Source of the DNA: Takakia lepidozioides | Lineage: Eukaryota; Plantae; Bryophyta | Reading direction: 5' to 3' | DNA: 64,000 bases | Assembly: GCA_030704615.1 (NCBI GenBank) | Contig: CM060733.1 | Location: forward strand, 34,968,001-35,032,000 | Part shown: positions 1-13,032 of the stretch, one piece after another | Position numbering within the stretch: the stretch's first letter is position 1 | Layout of the letters: each line of letters begins with the position of its first letter | Made by a program: the position numbers and the translations under genes | Notes under the pieces: model-generated | Told to the model about the DNA's origin: nothing | The model's input: only the letters and a program-made list of their open reading frames with translations | The model's database searches: none

Positions 1-1
1 C

Positions 2-763
2 CCCCAAACCCCTAGGAGGGGTCGGCTTCTTCCTAGGTTTCCTCCCCTTCGGCTTGGGCGGCCTGAGCCGGATCCTCGCCCCCGATGGGAAGCGCATAGG
101 ACTATGATACTGAGGACCGTCCAGCCTCGTTGTTGGGGGAATCATCTCGACCCTCCCACCCCCATCCGAGAAAATGTGGAGTTTGAGTATTGGGGGAGAC
201 GGTATGTTGTGAGAGCCGCTACACACCCTGCTATGGGTCGGGATTTATTCACGGTCAATGATATTGTGGTTCATCCTCGGAGAAACAACATGGTGGACTT
301 GTTTCCCTACTCCGGTCCATACTACACCTCCGCGGAGTTCCGTACATTATGCCTCGAAGCCCCATACATCCTACCCTACATTTTGTGTATCAACGGACAG
401 GATGTACGTAGACGGGGGTTGTCTCCCATTGAGATCAGATTTTGTGATGGTGACCCCGACATCTTCGGCAATGTTGCTGGGCTAGTCAATAGTTCTTTTG
501 GTCATCCTAGGAGAACCAATGTAATATGGGACGAGCGAAGCGATGGGCATGAGAGCTTTTGTGGTCATACGTCAGTATACTGTGAGGGGATGTACATGTT
601 TGTGATGACCTATGCTAGTAGGACTATTAGGGCTGGCAGCGAACTATTTGCATCATACGAGTTTTCTCGGGATGATTGGGACCTCCGATTACAGCGTGAG
701 TGGGATGTGTATGATAAAAATAGGGTTCCTTTGAGACAGGGATCGCGTAGAGGGGCATTGTAG
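2..763 (+). CDS. SET-domain protein, intronless in the window and 5'-open (the frame has no stop from base 2; first Met at 104)
   Basis: SET motifs in order: MGRDLFTVNDI (GxGLFAxxDI-like), FPYSG, CDGDPDIFGNVAGLVNSS (DA..GN.ARFINHS-like), TNV, YASRTIRAGSELFASY (AxRxIxxGEELxxxY). No post-SET Cys cluster. Confidence 0.7.
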   Translation, partial: PQTPRRGRLLPRFPPLRLGRPEPDPRPRWEAHRTMILRTVQPRCWGNHLDPPTPIRENVEFEYWGRRYVVRAATHPAMGRDLFTVNDIVVHPRRNNMVDLFPYSGPYYTSAEFRTLCLEAPYILPYILCINGQDVRRRGLSPIEIRFCDGDPDIFGNVAGLVNSSFGHPRRTNVIWDERSDGHESFCGHTSVYCEGMYMFVMTYASRTIRAGSELFASYEFSRDDWDLRLQREWDVYDKNRVPLRQGSRRGAL

Positions 764-1430
764 ATATTCTCATGATGTACTTTGTATACATCCGATTAAT
801 CGATTCATGTAAAAAAAAATCCTTGTTGCTCGTGTGGGTTGCAACTTCGCATATGTGATCTAAACATACTTATGCACATGTGGACCAAATATGAGCTTGA
901 ACCAAGTTGATTCAATGGGTCATTCTAGTGTTGAACGCAGCTACGTGTCATAGAGACGGAAAATTGCGTTTCGCCTACAGATGATTTTTTTTTTATTCCA
1001 TTTTCAAGCCATATGCTTAATGATAGCATATGCAATGTGTGTGCAAAATTTGGGAGTAAACAAAAGTCATTTGGACCCATAACCAGATTTTGTTCTCTCA
1101 TTTGCACTCCAAAATTGAATTATTTACAACTTCATGCACTCTTTATAGAGAGTTTTGCAAAGTGACCCTAGAAACACACTTATTTTTTTTCCATTTGTTT
1201 TTTGTCCAATTTTTTTGCATGGATGTAGTGAAGCAAAGCCTGATGTCACAGAACAAAATAGAGCTAAAAATAAAATCATTACGCCCCTCAAAACCGCAAT
1301 AATACATTTTCTAAATGCAAATATTTATTTTAAATTCATTTAAATTCGGATTTAATTCAAAATTGGTGCAAGGGTGAGTGCGTCGTTGGGGAGGCAAATG
1401 TTTTTTTTTTTCTGCTGGATCTTTGTACAG

Positions 1431-1628
1431 GTGTTGCACACATATTCAAGCACATGTAGGAAAAAATGAAGCTTGAGCCATATCCGTTTGTTGTCCCCCC
1501 CCCTATGACACCATCCGGCCAGTTTTGGGAGGACCGATGGAAGGAGGCCCATGCGGGCACGGACGGTGAAGTGGACGTGCCCGGCATGAAACGACTTTCA
1601 ATCTTCTACGAGTTGCTATATTGGGCGG
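1431..1628 (+). pseudogene. CACTA/En-Spm TNP2-type transposase exon (upstream part of a split gene)
   Basis: Acceptor tttgtacag, then ...PPPMTPSGQFW...GMKRLSIFYELLYWA and donor gtacat. Matches the TNP2 motif KKSIFFxLPYW. One in-frame stop. Confidence 0.7.
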
Positions 1629-1679
1629 TACATATTCCACAAAAACACCATCAATATCCCTATGCATGCATGTGATATT

Positions 1680-2250
1680 CACTACAACAGATCACGGTAT
1701 ATATGACTGTATATATTACTATCCCGTAGTCATAAACGGTATATATGACTGCAATGACTTTAAGTCGTGCAAACCAAGTGAATACAATGAGTACAGTATG
1801 GTCGGTCATGGATGACTGCAGTAAGATGAACCAAGTGATACATCTCACTGTCATGTGGTAGTCATATGTACTTCTACCATACATGACTTAGTGTGCTGCT
1901 GCAAACTGTACACGTGTCTCATTTTAATAAGTCCAGGAGGTTTTCGTGGATGTGCGCCATATGACGTCTCCAAAAATTGACACGTGGCATATTATGAGGA
2001 GGCCTTGCAATCATTATCCTGACTGTCAACATACTAATATCTGGACACGTGGCATTGTATGATTATTATTATTTAAATATAAAAATATTTAAAGTCATTC
2101 CCATGACTAAGCCTGTAGGAGCTTATCGCCATGTGTTTTTCCAGGATATGACACATGTCAATGTATGATGTGATGTGTAGTAGTCATGGTATGGTACCTA
2201 CTGTAAAGTGGTTTGTTGGGTTGGACGCATGCCATCAAATTAGTTGTTTG
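1680..2250 (+). mobile_element. Non-autonomous CACTA element 2, first terminus with subterminal repeats
   Basis: Starts CACTACAACAGATCACGGTATATATGACT at 1680, preceded by ATT. Dense ATGACT/AGTCAT motifs in both orientations. Inner boundary approximate. Confidence 0.8.
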
Positions 2251-2595
2251 AGAATTTGATTTTTAATATTATTTGGAAATCATAACCCGCCATCATTCAC
2301 AAGAAAGAACAAAGTGACAAAACTGTTGGGCATGAGCAAATTAAAACCACAGAGAGTAAACACATGGTAATGTAGCAAATGAAGGCAGTATTGAGGGAGA
2401 AACCACCTAAATGGCTGGAACATGAAAAAAAAGAAAGGGAGTACTTCACTGACGAAGAGGGTGAAGGATGGAAGAGCAAGGTTGACAACTGGCTGCTTGG
2501 AAGAAAGGGGCTGTGGTGGGAAATCCTGCCAAGGAGACCACGACAAACGCCAAATGGGAGTGAGAATCAAGCACACAAAGAGCTGCCCTCTTGCT

Positions 2596-3870
2596 GGCCC
2601 TCTTGGATGAATCTAGACCCACACTCTATCTCTGCTCCTTCAGCTATCCATGCCTAATCTGCACAAATCATGCATTCATCATTGCCCTGCTGCTAGCAGC
2701 TGACAATGAAAGCCTCGAATTGTTCTAGGAAACACCCAACTCAACTTATCACACCAGTTCCTATGCTCAATTGCATCTTCTATTCTCTGTAATCCAACAG
2801 GCATTGACCTTTTTGCCTTGATTGTCCCACCGTTGACTGGGGTCAGAAAAGTATTCATTCCACAACTTCTTGTGGTCTCCGTTACTTGTTTCTGGATTCT
2901 TTCCTGTTGTCACATTGGCAGTATCATGTCAAAAGTCACTCCAAACTACAAAGGTTCACTCAACCAGCTAACTTGCAGAATTCAACATGAAAATTTAGAG
3001 CCGCTACTGATAAGAGGGAAAAACAGGGTGAAATGTGTTGAAGAAGGTGCCTTCATTAGCAGTGCCTGATTTTATCAATTCCATCGCTGCTGCTGCAGCT
3101 TCCAGTTGACCATCTACCCATGCAGGTTTCTTATAGCTATTGATCCACAAGGAATCATAGGTAATCTTGTGCTTGAAGTCGGGCCCTCTTGGATGAATCT
3201 GGACCCACACTCTATCCCTGCTCCTTCAGCTATCCATGCCTCTGCATAATTCATGCATTCATCCTTGCCTTGTTGCTAGCAGCTGACAATGACAACCTAG
3301 ATTTGTTCTAGGTAACACCCAATCAGCTTATCCCACTAGTTCCTATGCTGAATTGCGTCTGCTACTCTCTGTAATCTAATAGACATTCACATTTTTGCCT
3401 CGTTTGTCTCACCATTGACTAGGGTCAGAAAAGTATTCATGAACCACAGCTTCTCCTCATCTCTGTTACCTGTTTTTGGATACTTGAACTTGTTGTTACA
3501 TTGGCAGTATCATGTCAGTCACTCCAAACTATCAATGGTTCACTCAACCAGCTAAGTTGCAGAATGCAACATGAAAATTTAGTGCCGACTCTGATAAGAG
3601 GGAAAAACAGGGTGAAATGTGTTGAAGAAGGTGCCTTCATTAGAAATGCCTGATTTTATCAATTGTGCCGCTGCTGATGCGGCTTCCACTTGACCATCTG
3701 TTTCTTGTACTCATCCTTCCACATGGAATTATGATAGGTAATCTGGAGCTTGAATCCTGGCCCTCTTAGATGAATCTGGACCCCCACTCTATCCCTACTC
3801 CTTCACCTGTCCATGCCTCTGCACAAATCATGCATACATCCTTGCCTTGCTGCTAGCAGCTGACATGGAA
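2596..3870. repeat. Tandem repeat of ~580 bp, about 2.2 diverged copies
   Basis: GGCCCTCTT(G/A)GATGAATCT(A/G)GACCC recurs at 2596, 3182 and 3759, with colinear sequence downstream. Confidence 0.85.
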
Positions 3871-4109
3871 GTAAAGCTAACTTCTAATCGATGCCTGTTG
3901 CAGGTATATTTCATTGCAACATCAAGAGAGTTGACAAGGGTGAATGTTGTAACCAAGGCACCAGTCATCCATCACTTTTTCAAAGACAATTGCTAGGCTT
4001 GTGACTATCACATGCTTTGGGCAGCAAGAACAGTTTTCCCTGGCCAACATTGAACATGTGGATTCTAGTCTACACATGGACTTTCACAACAATGCAGCCA
4101 ATGAATGGA

Positions 4110-6140
4110 TTGGTTACGGTTGTGTTCAGAACGACATCTGGTACAATTCCGGCTTTGATGTTATCCCCATGCACCTCTTTGCCCTTGTCCCGGGCTTCAC
4201 CCCTACCCCCATCATTTGCTCATAGGTCTCCAAAGCCTCCATCCCACGTCCCTGCTGTGCATACCCTGCAAGCATCGCACTCCACGACACCACATCTCGT
4301 TCAGCCTTAGTGTTGAACATTCCCTTTGCATCCTCGATGCACCCACATTTTGCATACATGTCCACCAGGGTATTGTTCAGAATGACATTTGGTACAATTC
4401 CAGCTCTAAAGATGTCGCCATGGACCTCTTAAATCCCCTTTTCCAGAGCTGCCCAGGCAGTGTTCCGAATGACATTTGGTACAATTCCAGCTTTGATGAT
4501 ATCCCCATGCACCTCTTTGCCCTTCTCCAGGGTTGCCAGACTTGCACAAGCATTGCAAATGCACACAAACATGATGTGGCCGGGCTTCACCCCTTCCCCC
4601 ATCATTTGCTCATAGGTCTCCAAAGACTCCATCCCATGTCCCTGCAAGCATCGCACGCCACAACACCACATCTCGTTCAACCATTGTGTTGAACACTGCA
4701 TCCTCGATGCACCCACATTTTGCATACATGTCCACCAGGGTATTGTTCAGAATGACATTTGGTACAATTCCAGCTCTGAAAATGTCGCCATGACCTCTTT
4801 CCCCTTTTCCAGAGCTGCCAGGGCAATGTTCATGATGACATTTGGTACAATTCCAGCTTTGATGATATCTCCCCTTTTCCAGAGCTACCAGGCAGTGTTC
4901 CGAATGACATAAATTGGTAAAATTCCAGCTTTGATGATATCCCCATGCACCTCTTTGCCCTTCTCCAGGGCTGCCAGACTTGCACAAGCAATGCAAATGC
5001 ACACAAACACCCCATCATTTGCTCATAGGTCTCCAAAGCCTCCATCCCACATCCCTGTTGTGCATAGTGCAAACCCTGCAAGCATCACACTCCACGACGT
5101 CACCACATTTCGTTCAGCCATAGTGTCAAAAAATCCCTTTCCATCCTCAATGCATCCACATTTGGCATACATGTCCAGGTCAGGGCAGTGTTCAGAATGA
5201 CATATGGCACCTGCAATTCCAGCTTTGACCGATGTCACCATGGACCTCGTTCCCCTTTTCCAGGCTTGTGCACGCATTGCAAACACATACAAACACGATG
5301 TGGTTGGGCTTCACCCCTTCGCGCATCATTTGCTCACAAGTCTCCATAGCATTCGTACCACGTCCATGCTTGGTAATCCTGCCAACATTATATTCCACGT
5401 GATCAAAGATCGTTGAGGCATTATGTGTTGAACACTTGGTGATCATCCATGATGCTCCCCTTAACATATATGTTGACGAGGTTGTTGAGTAGAAAAACGT
5501 TCGGCGTGAATCCACTTTGGACAATGTGAGTGTGCACCTGCTTTCCAAACATGTTCACCAGGGTATTGTTCAGAATGACATCTGGTACAATTCCAGCTCT
5601 GAAGATGTCGCCATGGACCTCTTTCCCCTTTTCCAAAGCTGTCAGGGCAGTGTTCAGATTGACATTTGGCACAATTCCAGCTTTGATGTCCCCATGCACC
5701 TATTGCCCTTCTCCAGGGCTGCCAGGCTTGCACAAGCATTGCAAATGCACACAAACATGATGTGCTTCCCCCATCCTTTGCTCATAGGTCTCTAAAGCCT
5801 CCATCCCACGTCCCTGCCGTGCATACCCTGCAAGCATCGCACTCCACGACACCACATCTCGTTCAGCCATAGTGTGGAACACTCCTTTTGCATCCTAGAT
5901 GCACCCACATTTTGCATACATGTCCACCAGGGTATGGTTCAGAATGACATTTGGTACAATTCCAGCTCTGAAGCTGTCGCCATGGACCTCTTTCCCCTTT
6001 TCCAGAGCTACCAGGGCAGTGTTCATAATGACATTTGGTACAATTCCAGCTTTCATGATACCCCATGCACTTCTTTGCCCTTGTCTAGGGCTCAATGCGC
6101 CCACATTTTGCATACATGTCCACCAGGATATGGTTCAGAA
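4110..6140 (-). pseudogene. Scrambled PLS-class PPR pseudogene fragments
   Basis: Repeated motifs LVDMYAKCGCIEDA, ERDVVSWSAMLAGYAQQGRGMEALETYEQM and ALEKGKEVHGDIIKAGIVPNV across shifting frames, with many frameshifts. Confidence 0.85.
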
Positions 6141-6332
6141 TGGGCAAGCGGCGCAGGGAGAAAAGACCATCCCCGGAATTTCTCATGCAGTGTGGTAAGG
6201 TGCCAGTTTCAACTATGCCATGAGAATTATGAAGGTCTCTTTTTTATCTTTCTGAATTGAGGGAAGATCTCAAGCTGAAGAGTTTATGGCCACAAGGTCG
6301 GCAAACAAAGTCTTATGAATACATTCTTTCTT

Positions 6333-6336
<4 letters not shown>

Positions 6337-6377
<41 letters not shown>
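6337..6377. repeat. (TC)n microsatellite
   Basis: Direct reading of the sequence. Confidence 0.95.
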
Positions 6378-6381
<4 letters not shown>

Positions 6382-6708
6382 GATCCTCATGTCAATCTTC
6401 CTTCAGTTCAGCATTATGAAGGTCTTTCTTTCTCTTTTTGAATGAGATCATGTCAATCATGTCAATCTTCCTTTCAGTTCAGCCCACATACTTGAACTAT
6501 CAGCATTTCAAGACTCCCATTTTGATGCAGAGAAAGAATGTTTAGGGATAGGTTTTCCGTCAATTTGGGTTCAGGACATGACTCGGCATCACCTAGAATG
6601 CATAAGTCTCATAAAGAATTGTCAAATGTTTTGGGTAGTTTTCTCACCTCCAGAAGGTGACGTGTTGCAGCATTCAGATCCAATAGGGCACGGGCTTGCC
6701 AATCAGGC

Positions 6709-7238
6709 TGTCATGCGCATACGTATCGCTACACAACTACATTGTTGTCCAAACCACACCACACATATATGCATAATACAATAGTCTGCCACAATATGAT
6801 ATGAAAACTAAACTCACGCTGTCTGATGACACAAAAACACGAAATACAACACAATCACTCGTTAAAATAAGAATCGAGCCAGGGGCACCCCAAGCTATGG
6901 GGACTCTACCCCACAACATCCTACACTCCCTCCATAAGTACACTCAAATACTAAGCTACGAGGGAGCTCGGTCGTGCAGGCTCAACTCGAGAGAGATGAG
7001 CCGCACGACTAACGAGCTCGTGAAGATAAGATGGTTCAGGTGTCAAGCTAAACTTGACACCTGACTTAACACTTGAACTAATTCCAAGTGTTAAATACAA
7101 ATAACTAGATTTATTCTAGTTAGTTTCACACTGTGTTTATTTAACTTGACAGCTGTCGTGCGCATACGTATCGCTACACAACTACATCGCTGTCCAAACC
7201 ACACCACACATATATGCACAATACAATAGTCTACCACA
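6709..7238 (-). mobile_element. Probable 3' LTR of the Ty3/Gypsy element
   Basis: On the minus strand a PPT-like TAGGGGGGCGAT (7250-7239) is followed by TGTGGTAGAC at 7238. The region ends ...GCGCATGACA at 6709, giving TG...CA ends. Confidence 0.65.
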
Positions 7239-10200
7239 ATCGCCCCCCTAGCTGGTGGTTAGGTCCCTCTAACTCCAGATAGCTACAAGATGTAATAGCC
7301 ACAGCCGTACTAAGTCCTCTATCATTATCCCTATTGTACTCAAACTTTATAGACCAATAGGCCGGGTATAAGAGTAGCTCCATCGTTAGTCGCCATCTTG
7401 CAATCTGTGAACTTGAGTCAGGATCTCGTGTGTTGGTCTTCTAGTAGCTTGGCTTTGCATTTCTTGTTAGCCTTCCATGGTTGTATCCATTCCCACTATC
7501 CAATGCAATGCGGACATAACCAATCTCCATCATGAACCATCTCAAGAGGTGGAGTCAAACATCCCATATGCCAACCTCTAGAGCATCGATCACACACCAG
7601 CATGGTGGCTGCCCCTCTAACAAACCCACACAACATGCACCTCAAACTTGCAGGTACCAGTGCCAGGTTTGGGTCAATCTTGCCATCGACATTTGGAAGA
7701 TGACATGGCGCGCAATTACGCACATGGTCCTTCCAAGTCATGCCATCCCGATCCTCCAAGATCAGGACGCATAAGGACAATACCTCTCGAACCCTCAAAA
7801 TAACACGTCATGCAGTCACATCCAGGGTCGTTGGAGCAGTCTGCTGCAGATAAACATAGTCACCAGGGTTAAATCTCCGAACCCTAGGACGATAGCCCCC
7901 ACCACGTATGATAGCATATCTCAACGTATCACGATATTATGCAATGGCAAGGTTCTCGAAAGCCATGGGCATGACTTTCTTGAACAACTCCGCGTGCTGA
8001 CCACATGCACCCACACGTCCGGATCGTCAAGATTGAGGACTACTGTAGCCTCCCTACGAATAGATGCAGGCAAATCTGGCTCTTGGCCAAAGAAAGGAAA
8101 TAAGGCGAGAATGAGGCAAATGATGCTTGCTTGCTGAACCTGTAGCCCATGGCTAACCAGGTTAGCTGAAGGTCCCAATCTCCAAGGTGTCCTTTCTGCA
8201 AGCCATACTTGCACAAACCCCTCTTAACCGTTTGCACAACCCTCTCTGCCAAGCCATCGGCCTCAGGATGATCCCGAGAAGTGGTGCGGTGGTCTATCAA
8301 GGCCTTGTCACACAACGCCTGAAACTCCCCCAATAACTCTCTCCCTCGATCCGTGAGTACCTCAGCTGGAGCACCGAATCGGCTAAGTACACAATCCAAG
8401 AATGCATACGCAGCTCCCTCACTAGCCTTATCAGGCAATGGAACCAACTCGATCCACTTGGAGAAGTGCTCCACCATCACGAACACGTACTTGTCGTGGC
8501 GCATGGTCAATGGCAACAGCCCTACGAAGTCAAGACTCCACCTGTAGCCCAATCCCATGATCGGAAGAGGATGCAATTGTGGTGTAGGGGCATTGAATGA
8601 AGCACGCACCCTGTCACACACCATTCATCTAGCCACAAATTGTTGCACCTTTGTGTGCATACCACGCCACCAGTACTGCCCCTGCAGTAGACTATAAGTG
8701 CGTCGCACCCCAAAATGCCCCAATTCTTCATAGGCATGCCGCACTAACCGTGCCCGCTGTGTTGGGGTGAGGCACAATCCTCACTCGACCATCCTCCCAC
8801 ACTCGGAGCAAGTGTGTCCCCTCCCACTTGAACCTCTTGGGCTCGTTGTAGGATCCGATTCCTCTCCTTGGCAATCATAGTGGCTGTCATGTCACCAGTG
8901 CGGAAATAGTCTAACACAGCTGAATCCTCATATATATCTTTGGTGCCACCTTGCTCATTGCTGGCCTCAGGGTCCTCAGACACTTGGTCTACAGTCATCC
9001 ATGTTATAGGTCCAACCTGGCCTTCCGCTACCAAGATTCACAGAAATGCAGATGCATGCCATCCGGGCACCATCTCCTCATCCGTCTCACCATGCCACCG
9101 AGCTCCAGTGTCATCCTGTTGGCTCGTGCATAGATTGCGACTCAACCCATCTGCATCCCGATTGACTAGACCGGGTCGATGTACCACCTGAAAGTCATAT
9201 TCCTGGAGTATGAGTGCCCACCGTGCAAGCTTTCCTGTAAGCTTGTCTGACTCCATCAATCACTTGAGAGTGGCTGGTGATCCATGACAAGGGTGAAGAG
9301 ATTGTCGTATAGATAGCACCTGAAGTGTGCCATGGCCCACACTGCATCTAAGCATTCTCTATCATATGAGCTATACTTAGCCTCTGCAACGTTGTTCGAG
9401 CGGCTAGTATAAGCCACTACGAACTCTCTTCCCTCATCATCCACTTATGTGAGCACTGCTCCAAGCCCCAACATGCTCCAATCTGTATGTAGCTGAAAGG
9501 ACGCCCCCTGATAGGTCGTCTCAAAATGGGCACCGAGATCAACCTCGCATTGAGCTCTTGAAAGCTCGTTCTTGCTCATCTTTCCACTGCCACTCCTGGT
9601 CCACCTTGGTCAGCTTGGTTAGAGCATTTGCAATGGTACTAAATCCCTTGACAAACCGTCTATAATAGTTTTCCAACCCCATGAAAGCTCGAACTCGGCT
9701 CACATCCGTGCGGTGTGGAATCTGTGCAATGGCCTCTACCTTAGTCTGCTGCACCCCCAATCCTCCAGGATATATCATGTGACCCAGATACTCAATCTGG
9801 TTGTGGAAAAACTTGCACTTCCCCGGATGTAACTTCAATCCGTGCGCCCTCATGCGCTCCAATACCACCTGAAGGTGTCTCTCATGTTCCTCCACCGTAG
9901 CACTAAAGATGATGATGTCATCTATGTTGCACCGAGCAAACTCCACCCCTGCTAGAATCCTGTCCATGACTATCTGAAATTCTGCAGGAGTGTTCTTAAG
10001 CCCAAATGGTAAGAACCGCCATTGTTATAGGCAATCTTTCCCGTGCTCATTGATCCCCTAGAATGTCGTCTTCTGCTTATCCACTCCTTGATCGACAACT
10101 GATGATATCCGGATCGTAAATCCAAAGTGCTAAAGACCTTGGCATGCCCAATGGCATCAAAGATCTCCTCTGGTGTTGGCATGGCATACCTATCGGACTT

Positions 10201-10929
10201 GGTCTGACGATTTACAGATCGGTAATCATCGCACATACGTCTCTCCGTCCAATTGCCATAGACATCCTTCTTGGCTGGCATCACTGTGGCTGAAGCATAT
10301 TCTCCACCAGATAGCTCCACCAAACCAGCCTCCCAGAGGTCCTGAGTCCTCATCTGAATCAAGGACCTCTCCATGTCACTGTATCTATAGGGTCTCCGAA
10401 AGATTGGCGTGTCAGTGGTCAAATCAATGCGAATCTCTTGACCCTTCAGTGCTCCCAAGTCCTTCAAACTGAAGGCAAAGTAGTACCTGTAAGCCCTCAA
10501 GAACCGCCGTATACGTTGTCTCTCTCCTCCGATGACTATGGGTCCAACATCAGGCTCCCAGTTGTCCTCCGTGACTGCAACCTTGAGTCCAGTAGGCTTA
10601 GAGGTAGAAGACGCGTCCCGTGGTTGTTATGCTGCAACCTCTTGAGCAGTGACCACTGCCTGCTCTGTCAGTGACAATGCCTCATCCCGCCCCATCATCT
10701 CATCCTTGAGGACCTCCTCAACCCGAGAAAAATCCCCAACCTCATCCATCTCCGCCGTCTTGGCTGCCAACTCCTTCTGAACCTCGAGTACCTCCCACGT
10801 GTGCCATGGATGCGGCCTGCACCTCGTGGTCCTCACATGTTTGTTCCCACTCGCTGCCTGTACCGTCTCGGTAGGCAGAGAGACCATCAAGGGAAGTGTA
10901 CTCCGTACTCTGCGCTGCTCAGCCATAGC
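7239..10929 (-). mobile_element. Degenerate Ty3/Gypsy pol (RT-RNaseH-integrase-PHD), cut at the 5' side by a CACTA insertion
   Basis: RT motifs FSTLDLRSGYHQ, NIDDIIIFS and KCKFF..IEYLGH. RNase H motifs TDWS and DHQPL. Integrase motifs SLDFVG, VLTDRG and DGLAERVVQT. C-terminal C4HC3 PHD finger. Order RT-RH-INT is Gypsy. Frameshifted. Confidence 0.92.
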
Positions 10930-13001
10930 CACTACAGGAAAATGGGGGCCTTTGCGACGCTCGAGCCATGTCGCGGCCACGCCGCAGTGTCGGGAAAACG
11001 CCCATTTTGGGCAGGCGGCGGGCGTAGAATTTGTGATGCCCGGCCGTCGTATGGGCGTCGCCAAAATGACGTCGCAAATATGCGACGTATGGGGGTCGCG
11101 AGCCCCCGCCCCAACTCCCGCGACTGCAGGCATCGCTTTTCGGGCCGTCCTCGCCTATGGCAGGGGCTTCCTTTGAGCGACGTCTTGCCGTGCGGCCCTC
11201 CAACCGACGACGTTGGTGGGGGCGACGGCGCGGCGTTGCATCTTTTTTTTTTTTTTTTTCTAACCTGCCCGGGAGTCCCATCCTAAAACCCAAAAACACG
11301 TGGTGTAAGCCGGGTGGTACGCCAAGCAACTATTGGGTGTGGCAAAAAAAACAGCAAGAGCAGGAGTCGGGCTCTGCCACGCCTAGGCGTGGGTTTGTGT
11401 GACGCTCTGGCGTCGTTTTTGTTTATATTTAATAATAGTAATAAAAGACGTGGCGCAGGCAGGGTGGCGGGCTCCGCGACGCCAGGGCGTCGCTGCTTGC
11501 GACCCCCGGACCAAAAAAACACGTCGCAGGGGGGGTCGGGCGTTGCCGCCCGCAAATGGGATTTGCGATGCCTGACTGTCGCTGCTTGCGACCCCTGCCC
11601 AAAAAACATGTCGCCAATGGCGACGGGCTGCAGTCGCGAGGGAAGCCAGGTGGGGGGGGGTTGGGGGTTGCTTTTGGGGGTGAATTGGGGGTGGTTTTTG
11701 TTTTTTGCCTGGTTTTGTTTTTGGGGATGGGAGACCTTACAGTTCCATTTCTCTGATTTAGCATGTACACAATTGAGCAAGCATGAATCGAGGGTGAGGA
11801 CGGTGCGACACATGAATAAGATGGAAGATGGAACTATGGAAATATATTTATAGGAAATGAGCTGAAAAGCTCACAAGGGTTCAGTAGGCTGACCCTAGAA
11901 CCTACATGGACTAGAACTAGTCATCCTCATCCTCATCCTCATCCTCATCCTCAGTGGAGGACTCAGAGCTATCCGATGAGCCTGATGACTCCGCGCCCTT
12001 TGCTAGAGCACCTAAATGAGGCGACGTTCCCCTAAGTCCCACAGAGCTCTCATCCAATCCCAAGCCATGACCCCCGACCTCATCCATACTAGTGCCCTGT
12101 AGTGCACTCATCCCCTCCGTGTTGGCCATGTTCTTCATGAGGGATTGCCAACTGTATTATACTGGAGATGGCTTCCTCTTAAATGCGCGTTGCTACACAT
12201 GCCACAAATTAAAGTCAGTTCTTCGCGATGATGGAGCCAGAAAGAAGACATAACAAAATCCATAGGGAAGTACGACTTACAAATCGCAAGATAAAACCCT
12301 TGGATCCGCCGGCGCCCCACTTGTGTATGGATTCGTGCTTGTCAAGGCAGACTGTTGTTGCTTCGCGTGCCCGGTCAAATCTGGCCTTGTTTGCGGCATC
12401 ATTCTCTCCCGCAATGAGTGCATCCCACGATACCTATCCCCCCCCCCCCCCAACAATTAGTGAATTACACACATACGTTGAATCGAATCCACCTCATTAA
12501 TGCACATGCGACAAATGGAAGGTGACATGATTCAGGATTTGTCAACCTGTGTAATTCCATAAGGTGGTTTGGGTATGGCCCCCTTTTCCATTGCCCTCCG
12601 AATGATCTGTCTGGCACGGTACCTCCTGTCCTTCAAGTTTCGCCCCACCATCTCCATCACCCTTGTGTCACTCCAATTGCCCAGAAACCAGCGGTCTAAC
12701 TCATGGGCATACGCCCGCTTCGCGCCAAAGTGCTGATCAGCCCACTCGATGTGCAAAGGGAACCACCTCAAGGCGAGTTCGAAGGCTGGCTTCTTCATCG
12801 CCTCCTAGAATGCACCGTAGAGGTCACCATGGCGATTCACCTCCACCGGTGGCACCACGATCTTTGCCAACTCCACGTCTTGTATCGTCAAGGGCATGTT
12901 CTTCTTCCCACCCTCTCCCTTCTTTGTAGCCTCCTTCCCCTGCTTCTTTGTTACCCCATTGCCCTCCCCCGCATGCACACTCACCCCTTCCTCTCCATGG
13001 G

Positions 13002-13032
<31 letters not shown>

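Noticed and set aside
10799-11853. Several overlapping 110-180 aa ORFs
   Set aside because: They fall mostly in the GC-rich CACTA subterminal repeats and show no recognisable domains.
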